A stretch of DNA of 64,000 nt from an uncultured Clostridia bacterium. Its GTDB lineage: Bacteria > Bacillota > Clostridia > Christensenellales > Aristaeellaceae. The stretch is from positions 1,905 through 65,904 of the forward strand of contig CAMVHE010000005.1 in assembly GCA_947167215.1 (NCBI GenBank), written 5' to 3'. A program made the translations under genes and the position numbers. Of this stretch, positions 9,003-18,785 are shown piece by piece; position 1 is the first letter of the stretch; each line of letters starts with the position of its first letter. The notes beneath the pieces were generated by a model, which was not told where the DNA came from, searched no databases, and worked only from the letters and a program-made list of their open reading frames with translations.

Positions 9003-10600
9003 CATCTGTCCATGGCAGCACGGATAAATCCGGCAAACAGGGGATGCGGTTTATTGGGCCGGCTCTTGAATTCCGGATGGAACTGCACGCCCACATAGAA
9101 TTTTTCCCCGGGAATTTCCACCGTCTCCACCAGTCTCCCGTCCGGCGACAGCCCGGACAGGCATAGCCCGGCAGTCTGCAGCGGCTCCCGGAAGGCATTG
9201 ACAAATTCGTACCGGTGCCGGTGCCTTTCACTGATTTCACGGGTCCCGTAGCAGGCGGCAATCACCGTATTCTCCGCCAGCATGCAGGGATACTTTCCAA
9301 GCCTCAGTGTCCCGCCCTTGTCAATTTCTTCATTCTGCCCCGGCATGAAATCGATGACCCTGTAGGGAGCGTTCTCATCAAATTCGCGGGAATTGGCATT
9401 TTCGAGCCCGGCCATATTCCTTGCATATTCAATGACCGCAATCTGCATGCCCAGGCAGATGCCGAAGTACGGCACATGATGCTCCCTTGCATATTTTGCA
9501 GCAAGGATCATCCCCTCAATGCCCCTGCTGCCGAATCCGCCCGGGACCAGAATCCCCTGCAGCGGGGAAAGCAGGCTCTCCGCATTCTCTTCCTTTACGT
9601 TTTCCGCATCAATCCAGCGGATCTCCACCCTTGTATCCATCGCATAGCCCGCATGCCGCAGTGCCTCCGCCACCGAAAGATAGGCATCGTGAAGCTGCAC
9701 ATATTTTCCCACCAGCCCGATGCATACCCGCTTGCCGGGATGCCGGATGCGTTCCACCATGGCAGTCCATTCCGAAAGGTCCGGTTTTCCGGTCTGTATG
9801 CCCAGTTCCCTGCAGACGATGCCCGAAAAATTTTCCTTTTCCAGCATCAGGGGCGCCTCATACAGGATCGGCAGGGTCAGGTTTTCCACGACACAGTCTT
9901 CCTTTACATTGCAGAAATGGGCAATTTTGGTAAAAATGCTGCTGTCCGTGATTTTCTCATCCACCCGCAGCACGATGATGTTCGGCATGATGCCCATGCC
10001 CTGCAGTTCCTTCACGGAATGCTGCGTCGGCTTCGACTTGTGTTCGCCGCTGGCCTTGAGATACGGCACCAGGGTCACATGCACATACAGGGCATTTTCC
10101 CGTCCCACCTCCAGCCCCACCTGACGGATGGCCTCAATGAAGGGCTGGCTTTCGATATCGCCGATGGTGCCCCCGATCTCCGTGATTACCACATCCGCAT
10201 CCGTCTTCTCCCCGACCCGGTAGATAAAATGCTTGATTTCATCCGTGATATGCGGAATGGTCTGGACGGTAGAGCCAAGATATCCTCCCTGCCGTTCCCG
10301 GTGAATCACATTGGAATAAACCTTTCCGGTAGTCAGGTTGGAATACCGGTTCAGGTCCTCATCAATGAACCGCTCATAATGGCCGAGGTCGAGATCCGTC
10401 TCCGCGCCGTCCTCGGTGACATAGACTTCTCCATGCTGATAAGGGCTCATGGTTCCCGGGTCCACATTGATATAGGGGTCCAGTTTCTGGGCAGCCACCT
10501 TCAGGCCCCTGGCCTTCAGGAGCCTGCCGAGCGAGGCGGCGGTAATTCCCTTTCCCAGGCCGCTTACCACGCCGCCGGTAACAAAGATATATTTCGTCAT
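9002..10600 (-). CDS. pyrG: CTP synthase (glutamine-hydrolysing)
   Basis: [20 protein letters not shown]-terminus and the GATase triad region GICLGMQ. The ATG at 10600 overlaps the gltD TGA (ATGA). Confidence 0.95.
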   Translation of the reverse strand: MTKYIFVTGGVVSGLGKGITAASLGRLLKARGLKVAAQKLDPYINVDPGTMSPYQHGEVYVTEDGAETDLDLGHYERFIDEDLNRYSNLTTGKVYSNVIHRERQGGYLGSTVQTIPHITDEIKHFIYRVGEKTDADVVITEIGGTIGDIESQPFIEAIRQVGLEVGRENALYVHVTLVPYLKASGEHKSKPTQHSVKELQGMGIMPNIIVLRVDEKITDSSIFTKIAHFCNVKEDCVVENLTLPILYEAPLMLEKENFSGIVCRELGIQTGKPDLSEWTAMVERIRHPGKRVCIGLVGKYVQLHDAYLSVAEALRHAGYAMDTRVEIRWIDAENVKEENAESLLSPLQGILVPGGFGSRGIEGMILAAKYAREHHVPYFGICLGMQIAVIEYARNMAGLENANSREFDENAPYRVIDFMPGQNEEIDKGGTLRLGKYPCMLAENTVIAACYGTREISERHRHRYEFVNAFREPLQTAGLCLSGLSPDGRLVETVEIPGEKFYVGVQFHPEFKSRPNKPHPLFAGFIRAAMDR

Positions 10601-12009
10601 GAACGCTTCCTCCCCAGCCATGCATGAATCTCCCGCGCCGCCGCACGTCCGTCCGCCAGCGCCCTTACTACCAGAGACTGCCCCGTGTGCATATCTCCCG
10701 CCGCAAAAAGCTTTCCTTTCAGATAATGGCTTCCGTCTGCAGGCATCAGCCTTCCGCGGAAGTCTGCCGTCAAGGAGAAACAGGAAAGGGTCTTTTCCTC
10801 ACATCCGGCAAAGCCGGCGGCAATCAGCAGCAGATCGCAGAGCAGCTCCGTTTCATTTCCCGGCACGGTCTGCCGTTTCCCTCCGGACCCCTCCGCCAGC
10901 CGGACCACGGTCACCGCCCGGATCTGTCCCTGGGCATCCGCATGAATACGGCTGACCGTAGTTTCATAGCGTCTCGGATCGCCCCCCTGAACCGCCGCCG
11001 CTTCCGCCTGCCCGTAGTCCGTGCGCAGAATGCGGGGCCATTCCGGCCAGGGATTCTGCGGCGTCCGGCATGCCGGCGCCGGGGGCATCATTTCGAGCTG
11101 CGTCACGGAAGCACACCCCTGGCGCAGGGCTGTCCCAACGCAGTCATTTCCCGTATCTCCTCCGCCCACTACCACCACGTGCCTGCCGCGTGCGGTGATC
11201 TCCGGAGGCTGTCCGAGCAGCACGCTTTTCGTGCCCGCCGTCAGATAATCCACGGCAAAGTGTATTCCCTGGGCATCCATGTTTTCCGCATTCAGGGACC
11301 GTGGCTTCCTGGCACCGCAGCAAAGGGCCACTGCATCATACGCTTCCTGCAGGGATTCCCCCGCTTCCGTACCGGTTAAGAAGGCGATTCCCTCCTCCTC
11401 CATCAGGCGGATGCGCCGCATCAGGATCTCCTTGGGCAGTTTCATATTCGGGATCCCGTACATCAGCAGCCCGCCGGGGGCATCCGCCCGTTCAATGACC
11501 GTCACCCGGTGCCCCAGCTGATTCAGCAGGTCTGCGCAGGCCAGTCCAGCAGGGCCGCTTCCCACCACCGCCACGATTTTTCCCGAGCGGAAGGCCGGAA
11601 TCCTCGGCTGTATCCATCCCTTTGAAAAGCCGGTCTCTGCAAGATACCTTTCATTGTCCCGGTTGGTGACCCCTTCTTCCGCCAGATTGCATGCCTTTTC
11701 GCAAAGTGCCGGGCACACCCTGCCCGTCAGCTCCGGAAACGGTGCTGTCAGCATCAGCCTCTCCAGGGCTTCCCTTTCCTGTCCCCGGTACAGCAGATCG
11801 TTCCATTCCGGAATCAGGTTATGCATCGGGCAGCCATATTCCGACTGGCAGAAGGGAACACCGCAGTTCATGCACCTTGCCGCCTGGCTTCGCCTTTCTC
11901 CGGTTTCCAGCGGGATATGCAGCTCCTCAAAATCCAGAAGCCTGCTCCGGACTTCCCGAAAGGGATTTTCCCGGCGTTCTATTTCCAGAAAGCCTGTTGT
12001 CTTACCCAT
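10597..12009 (-). CDS. gltD: glutamate synthase (NADPH) small subunit
   Basis: 470 aa. Fe-S Cys clusters ([18 protein letters not shown]) and dinucleotide folds ([25 protein letters not shown]). The start overlaps the gltB stop by 8 nt (ATGGGTAA). Confidence 0.9.
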   Translation of the reverse strand: MGKTTGFLEIERRENPFREVRSRLLDFEELHIPLETGERRSQAARCMNCGVPFCQSEYGCPMHNLIPEWNDLLYRGQEREALERLMLTAPFPELTGRVCPALCEKACNLAEEGVTNRDNERYLAETGFSKGWIQPRIPAFRSGKIVAVVGSGPAGLACADLLNQLGHRVTVIERADAPGGLLMYGIPNMKLPKEILMRRIRLMEEEGIAFLTGTEAGESLQEAYDAVALCCGARKPRSLNAENMDAQGIHFAVDYLTAGTKSVLLGQPPEITARGRHVVVVGGGDTGNDCVGTALRQGCASVTQLEMMPPAPACRTPQNPWPEWPRILRTDYGQAEAAAVQGGDPRRYETTVSRIHADAQGQIRAVTVVRLAEGSGGKRQTVPGNETELLCDLLLIAAGFAGCEEKTLSCFSLTADFRGRLMPADGSHYLKGKLFAAGDMHTGQSLVVRALADGRAAAREIHAWLGRKRS

Positions 12010-15000
12010 CCTGCCGCACCCCTTTCAGGAAAGCCCGATATTCGTCCGAAATCACCATTTTGAATTTTCCCAGGTATGCATCAAAGTCTTCCAGAATCCT
12101 TTTCGCCCGTACGGAACCCGTTGCATGTTCATGCATTGCCAGGAGCGCTTTCAGTTCGTCCGCCATCTTCCTGGAAACCGGATATGCCTTTACATGTCCT
12201 GTATTCAGCCGTTCACAGAGCCCCCCGTCCTCTTCCAGGACCCAGGCAATGCCGCCGCTCATTCCTGCCGCAAAATTATCTCCCACGGGCCCCAGCACCG
12301 CCACGCGGCCCCCGGTCATGTACTCGCAGCCATGGTCTCCCACGCCTTCCACGACCGCCACGGCCCCCGAGTTGCGCACGGCAAAGCGTTCGCCTGCCAT
12401 CCCGGCGATAAAGGCATATCCGCCGGTTGCGCCGTACAGGGCCACATTCCCGATCAGGGTGTCTTCCGGACGCCAGAGGCTGTCCACCGGCGGGCAGACC
12501 GCCAGGGTTCCCCCGGACAGGCCTTTCCCGAGATAATCATTCGCTACCCCGTACAGGGTAATTTTCTGTCCTGCCGGCAAAAAGGCCCCGAAGGACTGGC
12601 CGCCGCACCCCTGTGCCTGAATTTCCCGTTCTCCCTTCAGCATGGTGCCGAAGGTCCTGTCCGTGGTCGTCAGGTGGACATGGTTCTGAAACAGCCTTGC
12701 ATCCAGGCGTTCGGACAGATGAAAGTCGTGCCTTGCTTCCGGCTGGAAATGAGTGTTTCTCGAAAACCCGATGAGTTCCGACAGGTTCAGCGCCGCATCC
12801 TCTTTCGGCTTCAGCAGGTCGCTGCGCCCCACCAGTTCGTTCACGGTGCGTGCGCCGAGTTTTGCCATTATCTCCCGCAGCTGTCCGGCAATATACCGCA
12901 TGAACCGCTCCACATACTCCGGTTTTCCGGCAAAGCGTCTGCGGAGCTCCGGATCCTGGGTGGCAATGCCGAAGGGACAGGTGCCCAGGTGGCAGACCCG
13001 CATCATCCGGCAGCCCATGGCTACCAGTGGGGCCGTCGCAAATCCGAACTGCTCCGCCCCCAGCAGCAGCGCCACCGCCACATCGTGGCCGGTCATCAGC
13101 TTGCCGTCCGTCTCCAGCGTCACTTTCTGCCGCAGACGGTTGCGGCAGAGCACCTGGTGGGCTTCCGCCAGTCCGATTTCCCAGGGCAGCCCGGCATGGT
13201 GGACGCTGCTCACCGGCGCCGCACCGGTACCGCCTTCTCCTCCCGAAATCAGGATTCCGCCCGCTCCTGCCTTGGCAACGCCGCTGGCAATCGTGCCCAC
13301 CCCCAGGGAAGAGACCAGTTTCACCGTGATTTTTGCCCTTTCGTTGGCACACTGAAGGTCATAGATCAGTTCTGCCAGATCCTCGATGGAATAGATATCA
13401 TGATGGGGCGGCGGAGAAATCAGGGAAATCCCCGGTGTGGAGCATCGGGTTTCCGCCACGCTCTTCGTCACCTTTGCCCCGGGCAGATGTCCTCCCTCAC
13501 CGGGCTTTGCTCCCTGCGCCATTTTGATCTGAATCTCCTGTGCGGAAAGCAGGTATTCCCTGGTCACGCCGAAGCGCCCGGATGCCACCTGCTTTATCGC
13601 CGAATTGAGCGGTGTCCCGAAACGTTCCGGAAGTTCGCCGCCTTCCCCGCTGTTGGATCTTCCGCCCAGACGGTTCATGGCTTCCGCCAGGCATTCATGC
13701 GCTTCCCGCGAAATGGAGCCGTAGCTCATGGCACCGGTACGGAAGCGTTTCACGATCTCTTCCTCGCTTTCCACTTCCTCCAGCGGAACGGGACGGCACG
13801 CTTCATAGCGGAACGTCAGCATGGACCGTATGGTTCCGGGGCCTTCCTCCTCCACGCACCGTGCATACCGGTCAAACAAAGCCCGGTCCCCCGTCCAGAC
13901 AGCCTGCTGCAGCAGGTGGATGGTTTCCGGACGGTAGAGATGTGCTTCCGCCTGCCCTCCGGTCCGCATACGGTGGATGCCGATGCTGGCAAGACCGGTC
14001 TGCGGGTCAGCCGAGAAGGCTTCCGCATGATGGAAGCGGCTGTCAGCCTCAATCTTCTGCAGATTTGTTCCGCCCAGAACAAACGGCGTATTGGTAAAGT
14101 ACTTTTCCACCAGCTGTCCGTCCAGTCCCACCGCCTCAAACAGCTGCGCACTCTGGTATGCCTGCAGGGTGGAAACTCCCATCTTGGAGGCAATCTTCAG
14201 CACGCCCGCACAGAGGGCATGATTGTAATCCCGTACAGCTTCCGCTTCGCTTTTCTGCAGCTGCCCTTTCCGGCAGCAGGCACGGATGCAGTCGTGGGCA
14301 AGGTAAGGGCTGACTGCCCGCGCCCCGAATCCGATCAGCATCGCCAGCTGGTGCACATCCCGGGGTTCTCCGCTTTCGAGGATCACGGAAACGGCCGTCC
14401 GTTTCTTGATCCGGATGAGATGCTGCTCCAGGGCGGAAACCGCCAGCAGGGAGGGAATCGCCAGATGCTCCGCATCCACGCCCCGGTCGGACAGGATCAG
14501 GATGTTTGCCCGTCTCCGGCATGCCCGATCGCATTCCCCGAAAAACGCCTCCAGCGCTTCCTCCAGGGTTTCCGTCTTCTCATAAAGGAGGGAAACCGTG
14601 GCTACGGAAAAAGCCTCATGCCGGATACTGCGGATTCCTGCAAGTTCCTCCTCCGTCAGTACCGGCGACGGCAGTTCCAGAATCGTGCTGTTTTCCGGTC
14701 CTCCCGTCAGCAGATTGCCATCGTCCCCGATATAGATGGAGCAGTCCGTCTTCACTTCTTCCCGCAGCGTGTCTATCGGCGGGTTCGTTACCTGCGCAAA
14801 GCGCTGCCTGAAATAGTCAAACAGGGAAGGATGCACTCCGGAAAGTGCCGCCAGCGGCTCGTCCGCCCCCATGGAGACAATGGGCTCCGTCCCCTTCTGT
14901 GCCATTGGCAGCAACACGTCCTGCACATCTTCCCAGGTATAATGGAAAGCCCTGCAGAGGCGGGTCCGTGTTTCCTCTGACGCAGTCGGCCCGCACTTTC

Positions 15001-16333
15001 CCTCCCGGGGCAGGTCTGCAAGGCAGATCCTGTGCCGCATCCATTCCGAATAGGGTTCTGCCCCTGCATACCGGGTTTTCAGCACTTCACTTTCCGAAAG
15101 AATCCCGGTCTCCAGGTCTGCTTCCAGCACATCCCCGCTCTTCAGTTTCCACCGGCGGAGGATGTGCGCATTTTCTTCATACAGCACCCCCGCTTCGGAT
15201 GAGAGGATAAGCCTCCGGTCATCCGTCAGCGCACACCGCAGCGGGCGAAGCCCGTTGCGGTCCAGGGATGCACAGACTTTTTCCCCGTCCGAGTACAGGA
15301 CAGCCGCAGGACCGTCCCAGGGTTCCATCATGGTGGCATAGTAGCGGTACAGATCCCGCCAGGGAGTTGCCTTCCGGGATCCCTGCCAGGGCTCCGGCAG
15401 GAGGATCATTCCCGCCAGGGCCAGCGGAAACCCGTTCATGGTCAGGAATTCCAGGGTGTTATCCAGCATCTGGCTGTCACTGCCGCCTTCCTCAACCACG
15501 GGCAGCACCCGGCGCATTTCTTCCTTCATTACCGGCGACTGCATGGTTTCCTCCCGGGCCTTCATGCGGTCATGATTCCCCCGGATGGTGTTGATTTCTC
15601 CATTGTGCAGGAGCATCCGCTGGGGATGCGCCTTGCTCCAGGACGGGAACGTATTGGTCGAAAAGCGGGAATGCACCATCGCCATCCGGCTGATGTAGCG
15701 TACGTCCTGAAGGTCGTCATAGAAGGAGCGGAGCTGGCTGACCAGCATCATGCCTTTATAGACAATGGTCCGGCAGGAAAGAGAGCAGATATACGTATCC
15801 GTATCCTGCTTTTCAAACACCCGGCGCAGGACATACATTTTCCGGTCAAAACCCTGGCCCGCGGGAATGTTTTCCGGCCGCTTCAGGAAACACTGCCGGA
15901 TGCGCGGCATCGTCCGCCGGGCGCCAGCGCCAAGCTGGGCGGGATGGCAGGGCACGTTCCGCCACCCGAGAACCGTCAGCTGCTCGGATGCCGCCAGCTG
16001 TTCAAAAATCCGGCAGACATTTTCCGATGCAACCTCATCCTCCGGCAAAAAGAACATCCCCACGCCGTAGTCCCCCGGATTTCCCAGGAGAATCCCCTCC
16101 TCCTGCGCCCAGGCGCAGAAGAGAGCGTGAGGAAGCTGTGTCATGATACCGACTCCGTCGCCGGTGGTTCCCTGGGCATCGCTTCCCGCCCGGTGGGCCA
16201 GGCGTTCCACGATGGAAAGCGCCTGGTCCACAGTGCGGTGCGTTGCCTTTCCGCTTAAGTCCGCAATCGCACCCACCCCGCAGGATTCGTGCTCCAGTTC
16301 ACTGTGGTACAGCGGATATTCAAGATCCCGCAT
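12002..16333 (-). CDS. gltB: glutamate synthase large subunit
   Basis: About 1443 aa. Ntn amidotransferase Cys (HESCGVGAI), FMN/3Fe-4S central and GXGXG C-terminal domains recognisable. The ATG at 16333 lies 2 nt after the ANTAR gene stop, with AAGGGGGA upstream. Confidence 0.95.
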   Translation of the reverse strand: MRDLEYPLYHSELEHESCGVGAIADLSGKATHRTVDQALSIVERLAHRAGSDAQGTTGDGVGIMTQLPHALFCAWAQEEGILLGNPGDYGVGMFFLPEDEVASENVCRIFEQLAASEQLTVLGWRNVPCHPAQLGAGARRTMPRIRQCFLKRPENIPAGQGFDRKMYVLRRVFEKQDTDTYICSLSCRTIVYKGMMLVSQLRSFYDDLQDVRYISRMAMVHSRFSTNTFPSWSKAHPQRMLLHNGEINTIRGNHDRMKAREETMQSPVMKEEMRRVLPVVEEGGSDSQMLDNTLEFLTMNGFPLALAGMILLPEPWQGSRKATPWRDLYRYYATMMEPWDGPAAVLYSDGEKVCASLDRNGLRPLRCALTDDRRLILSSEAGVLYEENAHILRRWKLKSGDVLEADLETGILSESEVLKTRYAGAEPYSEWMRHRICLADLPREGKCGPTASEETRTRLCRAFHYTWEDVQDVLLPMAQKGTEPIVSMGADEPLAALSGVHPSLFDYFRQRFAQVTNPPIDTLREEVKTDCSIYIGDDGNLLTGGPENSTILELPSPVLTEEELAGIRSIRHEAFSVATVSLLYEKTETLEEALEAFFGECDRACRRRANILILSDRGVDAEHLAIPSLLAVSALEQHLIRIKKRTAVSVILESGEPRDVHQLAMLIGFGARAVSPYLAHDCIRACCRKGQLQKSEAEAVRDYNHALCAGVLKIASKMGVSTLQAYQSAQLFEAVGLDGQLVEKYFTNTPFVLGGTNLQKIEADSRFHHAEAFSADPQTGLASIGIHRMRTGGQAEAHLYRPETIHLLQQAVWTGDRALFDRYARCVEEEGPGTIRSMLTFRYEACRPVPLEEVESEEEIVKRFRTGAMSYGSISREAHECLAEAMNRLGGRSNSGEGGELPERFGTPLNSAIKQVASGRFGVTREYLLSAQEIQIKMAQGAKPGEGGHLPGAKVTKSVAETRCSTPGISLISPPPHHDIYSIEDLAELIYDLQCANERAKITVKLVSSLGVGTIASGVAKAGAGGILISGGEGGTGAAPVSSVHHAGLPWEIGLAEAHQVLCRNRLRQKVTLETDGKLMTGHDVAVALLLGAEQFGFATAPLVAMGCRMMRVCHLGTCPFGIATQDPELRRRFAGKPEYVERFMRYIAGQLREIMAKLGARTVNELVGRSDLLKPKEDAALNLSELIGFSRNTHFQPEARHDFHLSERLDARLFQNHVHLTTTDRTFGTMLKGEREIQAQGCGGQSFGAFLPAGQKITLYGVANDYLGKGLSGGTLAVCPPVDSLWRPEDTLIGNVALYGATGGYAFIAGMAGERFAVRNSGAVAVVEGVGDHGCEYMTGGRVAVLGPVGDNFAAGMSGGIAWVLEEDGGLCERLNTGHVKAYPVSRKMADELKALLAMHEHATGSVRAKRILEDFDAYLGKFKMVISDEYRAFLKGVRQDG

Positions 16334-16335
16334 CA

Positions 16336-16866
16336 CTACGTCCCCCTTGACGAACGAAGTATTCTTTCCGCATACTCCGTCATTTTGATGCCATGATTCA
16401 TGGCGTACTGCTGCATCCGGCGATGCGCCTCCCTTTCGGAAATGGACAGCTCCGCCATCAGCATCTGCTTTGCCTGCTCGACCACCTGCCGGTCTGCACC
16501 CGACCGCCTTGGCATCTGCACGCTGTTCATCTGCGTCAGCATTTCGAGGGCTCCCAGAATGGTCTGTCCGGAAGCCGGCATGGTCAGATGAAAAATCTTT
16601 CCCGGCTCATCCTCTTTCCGGAAACCGGGTTTTTCAATCAGGAGGATTTTTATTCTGCCCCCATAATCCCATTGCAGCTCTTCCGCCTGCAGTCCCGGAA
16701 GCCTTCCTGCCAGAATCACAATGCTCTCTTCACAGGCAGCCAGTACCCTCCGAAGTTCACCTTCCGAGGCACAGCAACGGAACAGTTCATATCCGGCAGA
16801 AGACAGCAGCCGGGAAAGCTGCAGCCGTGCTGCCTCCGAAGTGCTTGCAATCACAAAACTGGCCAC
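16336..16866 (-). CDS. ANTAR-domain RNA-binding antiterminator with degenerate receiver-like N-terminus (NitR/GlnR-of-Clostridium type)
   Basis: 176 aa with a GTG start and AAGGAG 6 nt upstream. The C-terminal ANTAR helices are QAKQMLMAELSISEREAHRRMQQYAMNHGIKMTEYAERIL. The position between glnA and gltB matches the Clostridium saccharobutylicum glnA-nitR-glt cluster as I recall it. Confidence 0.8.
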   Translation of the reverse strand: MASFVIASTSEAARLQLSRLLSSAGYELFRCCASEGELRRVLAACEESIVILAGRLPGLQAEELQWDYGGRIKILLIEKPGFRKEDEPGKIFHLTMPASGQTILGALEMLTQMNSVQMPRRSGADRQVVEQAKQMLMAELSISEREAHRRMQQYAMNHGIKMTEYAERILRSSRGT

Positions 16867-16923
16867 TGTCTTCTCCTTCTCGCGCCTGCTTCGGCAGGCC
16901 TGTCCATCCGTTTTCCGTTAGCA

Positions 16924-18255
16924 TCAGTACATTACCAGATAGCGGCCGATTTCCCACTGACTGACATGGGTACGGTAGGCGTCCCATTCCTTTTCCTTTC
17001 CTTCCACATACTGGCACAGGACATGCTCTCCCAGCGCCCCACAGATCACCGGATCTTCCTTCAGGCAGTCAATCGCTTCCCTCAGGGTGCCGGGCAGGGA
17101 CACAATGCCCTTCGCTTCCCGGGTTGCCGCATCCATGGCAAAGATGTTCTCGGTGATTTCCGCCGGAGGCGTCATCCCCTTTTCAATGCCGTCCAGGCCG
17201 GCAGCCAGGCAGACCGCCATGTTCAGGTAAGGATTGCAGGACGGATCCGGACAGCGCAGTTCCACGCGGGTGCCCATGCCCCGCGCCGCGGGAATGCGGA
17301 TCAGGGCGCTGCGGTTGCTGGCGCTCCAGGCCAGGTAGCAGGGCGCCTCATATCCGGGCACCAGCCTCTTGTAGCTGTTTACCAGCGGATTGGTTATCGC
17401 CGCCATGCCCCTGACATGGGCAAGAATGCCGGCAATAAAAGAATATGCCTCCCTGCTGAGCCCGCGTTTGTCCGAGGGATCCGCGAACACGTTCCTGCCG
17501 TCCCGGAACAGGCTCATGTTGGTGTGCATGCCGCTGCCATTGATCCCGAATACCGGTTTCGGCATGAAGGTTGCATGCAGTCCGTTCTTCTGGGCAAGGG
17601 TCTTCACTGCCAGCTTGAACGTCATGATGTTGTCAGCGGCAGTCAGGGCATCCGCATATTTGAAATCAATCTCATGCTGTCCGGCAGCCACTTCATGGTG
17701 GCTGGCTTCGATTTCGAAGCCCATCTGTTCCAGCGTCATGCAGATTTCCCTGCGTGTGCTCTCCCCGTGGTCAAGCGGGCCAAGATCAAAGTATCCGGCT
17801 TCATCCGAAGTCGTGGTGGTAGGACGCCCCTGATCGTCTGTCTGGAAGAGGAAAAACTCCATTTCCGGCCCCACATTGAAAGCGTATCCCATATCCGCCG
17901 CTTTCCGGAGAACGCCCTTCAGGACCCCTCGCGGATCTCCTTCAAAGGGAGTACCGTCCGGATTGTAGACATCACAGATCAGGCGGGCAACCTTGCCATG
18001 CTGAGGCCTCCAGGGAAGTATGGCAAATGTATCCAGGTCCGGATGCAGATACTGGTCGCTCTCGTTGATTCGGACAAAGCCTTCAATCGAACTGCCGTCA
18101 ATCATGATCTGGTTGTTGACTGCCTTCTCGATCTGTCCTGCCGTAATGGCGACATTCTTCAGCTGCCCGAATATATCCGTAAACTGCATGCGGATAAACT
18201 CCACATCTCCTTCCTGAACCATCCGGATGATGTCTTCCTTTGTATACTTACCCAT
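16924..18255 (-). CDS. glnA: glutamine synthetase type I
   Basis: 443 aa from the ATG at 18255 (AAAGGAGG upstream), beginning [29 protein letters not shown] motifs FMPKP and GSGMHTN are present. The ORF-track start at 18360 runs through the leader terminator and promoter and is rejected. Confidence 0.95.
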   Translation of the reverse strand: MGKYTKEDIIRMVQEGDVEFIRMQFTDIFGQLKNVAITAGQIEKAVNNQIMIDGSSIEGFVRINESDQYLHPDLDTFAILPWRPQHGKVARLICDVYNPDGTPFEGDPRGVLKGVLRKAADMGYAFNVGPEMEFFLFQTDDQGRPTTTTSDEAGYFDLGPLDHGESTRREICMTLEQMGFEIEASHHEVAAGQHEIDFKYADALTAADNIMTFKLAVKTLAQKNGLHATFMPKPVFGINGSGMHTNMSLFRDGRNVFADPSDKRGLSREAYSFIAGILAHVRGMAAITNPLVNSYKRLVPGYEAPCYLAWSASNRSALIRIPAARGMGTRVELRCPDPSCNPYLNMAVCLAAGLDGIEKGMTPPAEITENIFAMDAATREAKGIVSLPGTLREAIDCLKEDPVICGALGEHVLCQYVEGKEKEWDAYRTHVSQWEIGRYLVMY

Positions 18256-18275
18256 AAAACTGCCTCCTTTTAAAT

Positions 18276-18325
18276 AAAAAAAAACGACAAGCAGAGCCCA
18301 GTGACCTGACCCCCTTGCCTTGTCG
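18276..18325 (-). terminator. leader (attenuator) terminator between the glnA promoter and the glnA RBS
   Basis: Minus strand reads CGACAAG(27 nt)CTTGTCG followed by T9, then ATTTAAAAGGAGG and the ATG. Confidence 0.7.
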
Positions 18326-18331
18326 TGATGT

Positions 18332-18360
18332 ATTGTAAGCGTTATTCTATGCATTGTCAA
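18332..18360 (-). promoter_or_regulatory. sigma-A promoter of the glnA operon
   Basis: Minus strand reads TTGACA (18355-18360), a 17-nt spacer, then TACAAT (18332-18337). Confidence 0.65.
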
Positions 18361-18465
18361 GCGTTATTTGAAAGATTTAACATGTGTTCTTGCTAAAATT
18401 TTATTTTTTTCATTATTATCTCAAATAAATTGCAATTTCAATATTATTAAAAATTCATTTTATGC

Positions 18466-18494
18466 TTGACTCCCCTTTTTTCGCGTGCTACAAT
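18466..18494 (+). promoter_or_regulatory. sigma-A promoter of the asnB leader
   Basis: TTGACT (18466-18471), a 17-nt spacer, then TACAAT (18489-18494). Confidence 0.65.
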
Positions 18495-18500
18495 ACGGCC

Positions 18501-18785
18501 AATTTCATACGAAAAAAGCGTTGCGGAAGCAAAGTACCCTGAAGGCCGGCATCCCAGAGAGCGGGCGCTGCTGAGAGTCCCGTATGCTCCTTCCGGAGAA
18601 AAACCCTTCCAAGTCCAAACCCAAAGCCTTCGGCAAGTAGGGGCGGCGTGAGGAGCGGCACGTTATCCCCGCCGGGGCTTGACAGAGCCCTTTCAAGAGA
18701 AGCAAATCAGGTGGCACCACGGAGCGGCGGCCTTCGTCCTGAAATCAGCCCAGCAGCTGCCTACCATCGGAGGAGGTGCCTTTCC
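18501..18785 (+). promoter_or_regulatory. T-box riboswitch leader, probable Asn (AAC) specifier
   Basis: AG bulge AGAGAG (18556-18561), distal loop GCUGCUGAGAG (18567-18577), and T-box sequence AAAUCAGGUGGCACCACGG (18704-18722). The antiterminator can be drawn as A1 UCAGG/CCUGA, a 7-nt bulge UGGCACC, and A2 ACGGAG/CUUCGU. AAC at 18602-18604 sits one nt before the lower Stem I helix (GGAAG 18525-18529 / CUUCC 18606-18610). Confidence 0.8.

Noticed and set aside
9215-10627. 470-aa ORF antisense to pyrG. Comparable long antisense ORFs occur at 7589-8962, 3257-4588, 20482-21543, 25278-26360, 26711-27640, 40413-42002, 48714-49907, 49956-51512, 53168-54337, 55504-56865 and 57830-59482.
   Set aside because: Each overlaps a gene with clear family motifs on the other strand. 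All have biased low-complexity composition and lack RBSs.
11654-14980. 1108-aa ORF on the plus strand, the longest ORF after gltB
   Set aside because: It lies entirely antisense to the well-conserved gltB. The translation is Arg/Pro/Gly/His/Ser-rich low complexity with no recognisable motif and no RBS. This is the typical open antisense frame of a GC-rich gene.
16393-18273. 626-aa plus-strand ORF antisense to glnA and the ANTAR gene
   Set aside because: Same reasoning as above. An antisense RNA to glnA is known from one Clostridium species, but I saw no convincing plus-strand promoter here, so I do not call one.
18256-18331. Possible glutamine riboswitch (glnA RNA) or T-box in the glnA leader
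   Set aside because: The leader is only about 70 nt, essentially one terminator hairpin. It has no E-loop/pseudoknot features of the glutamine riboswitch and no T-box sequence.
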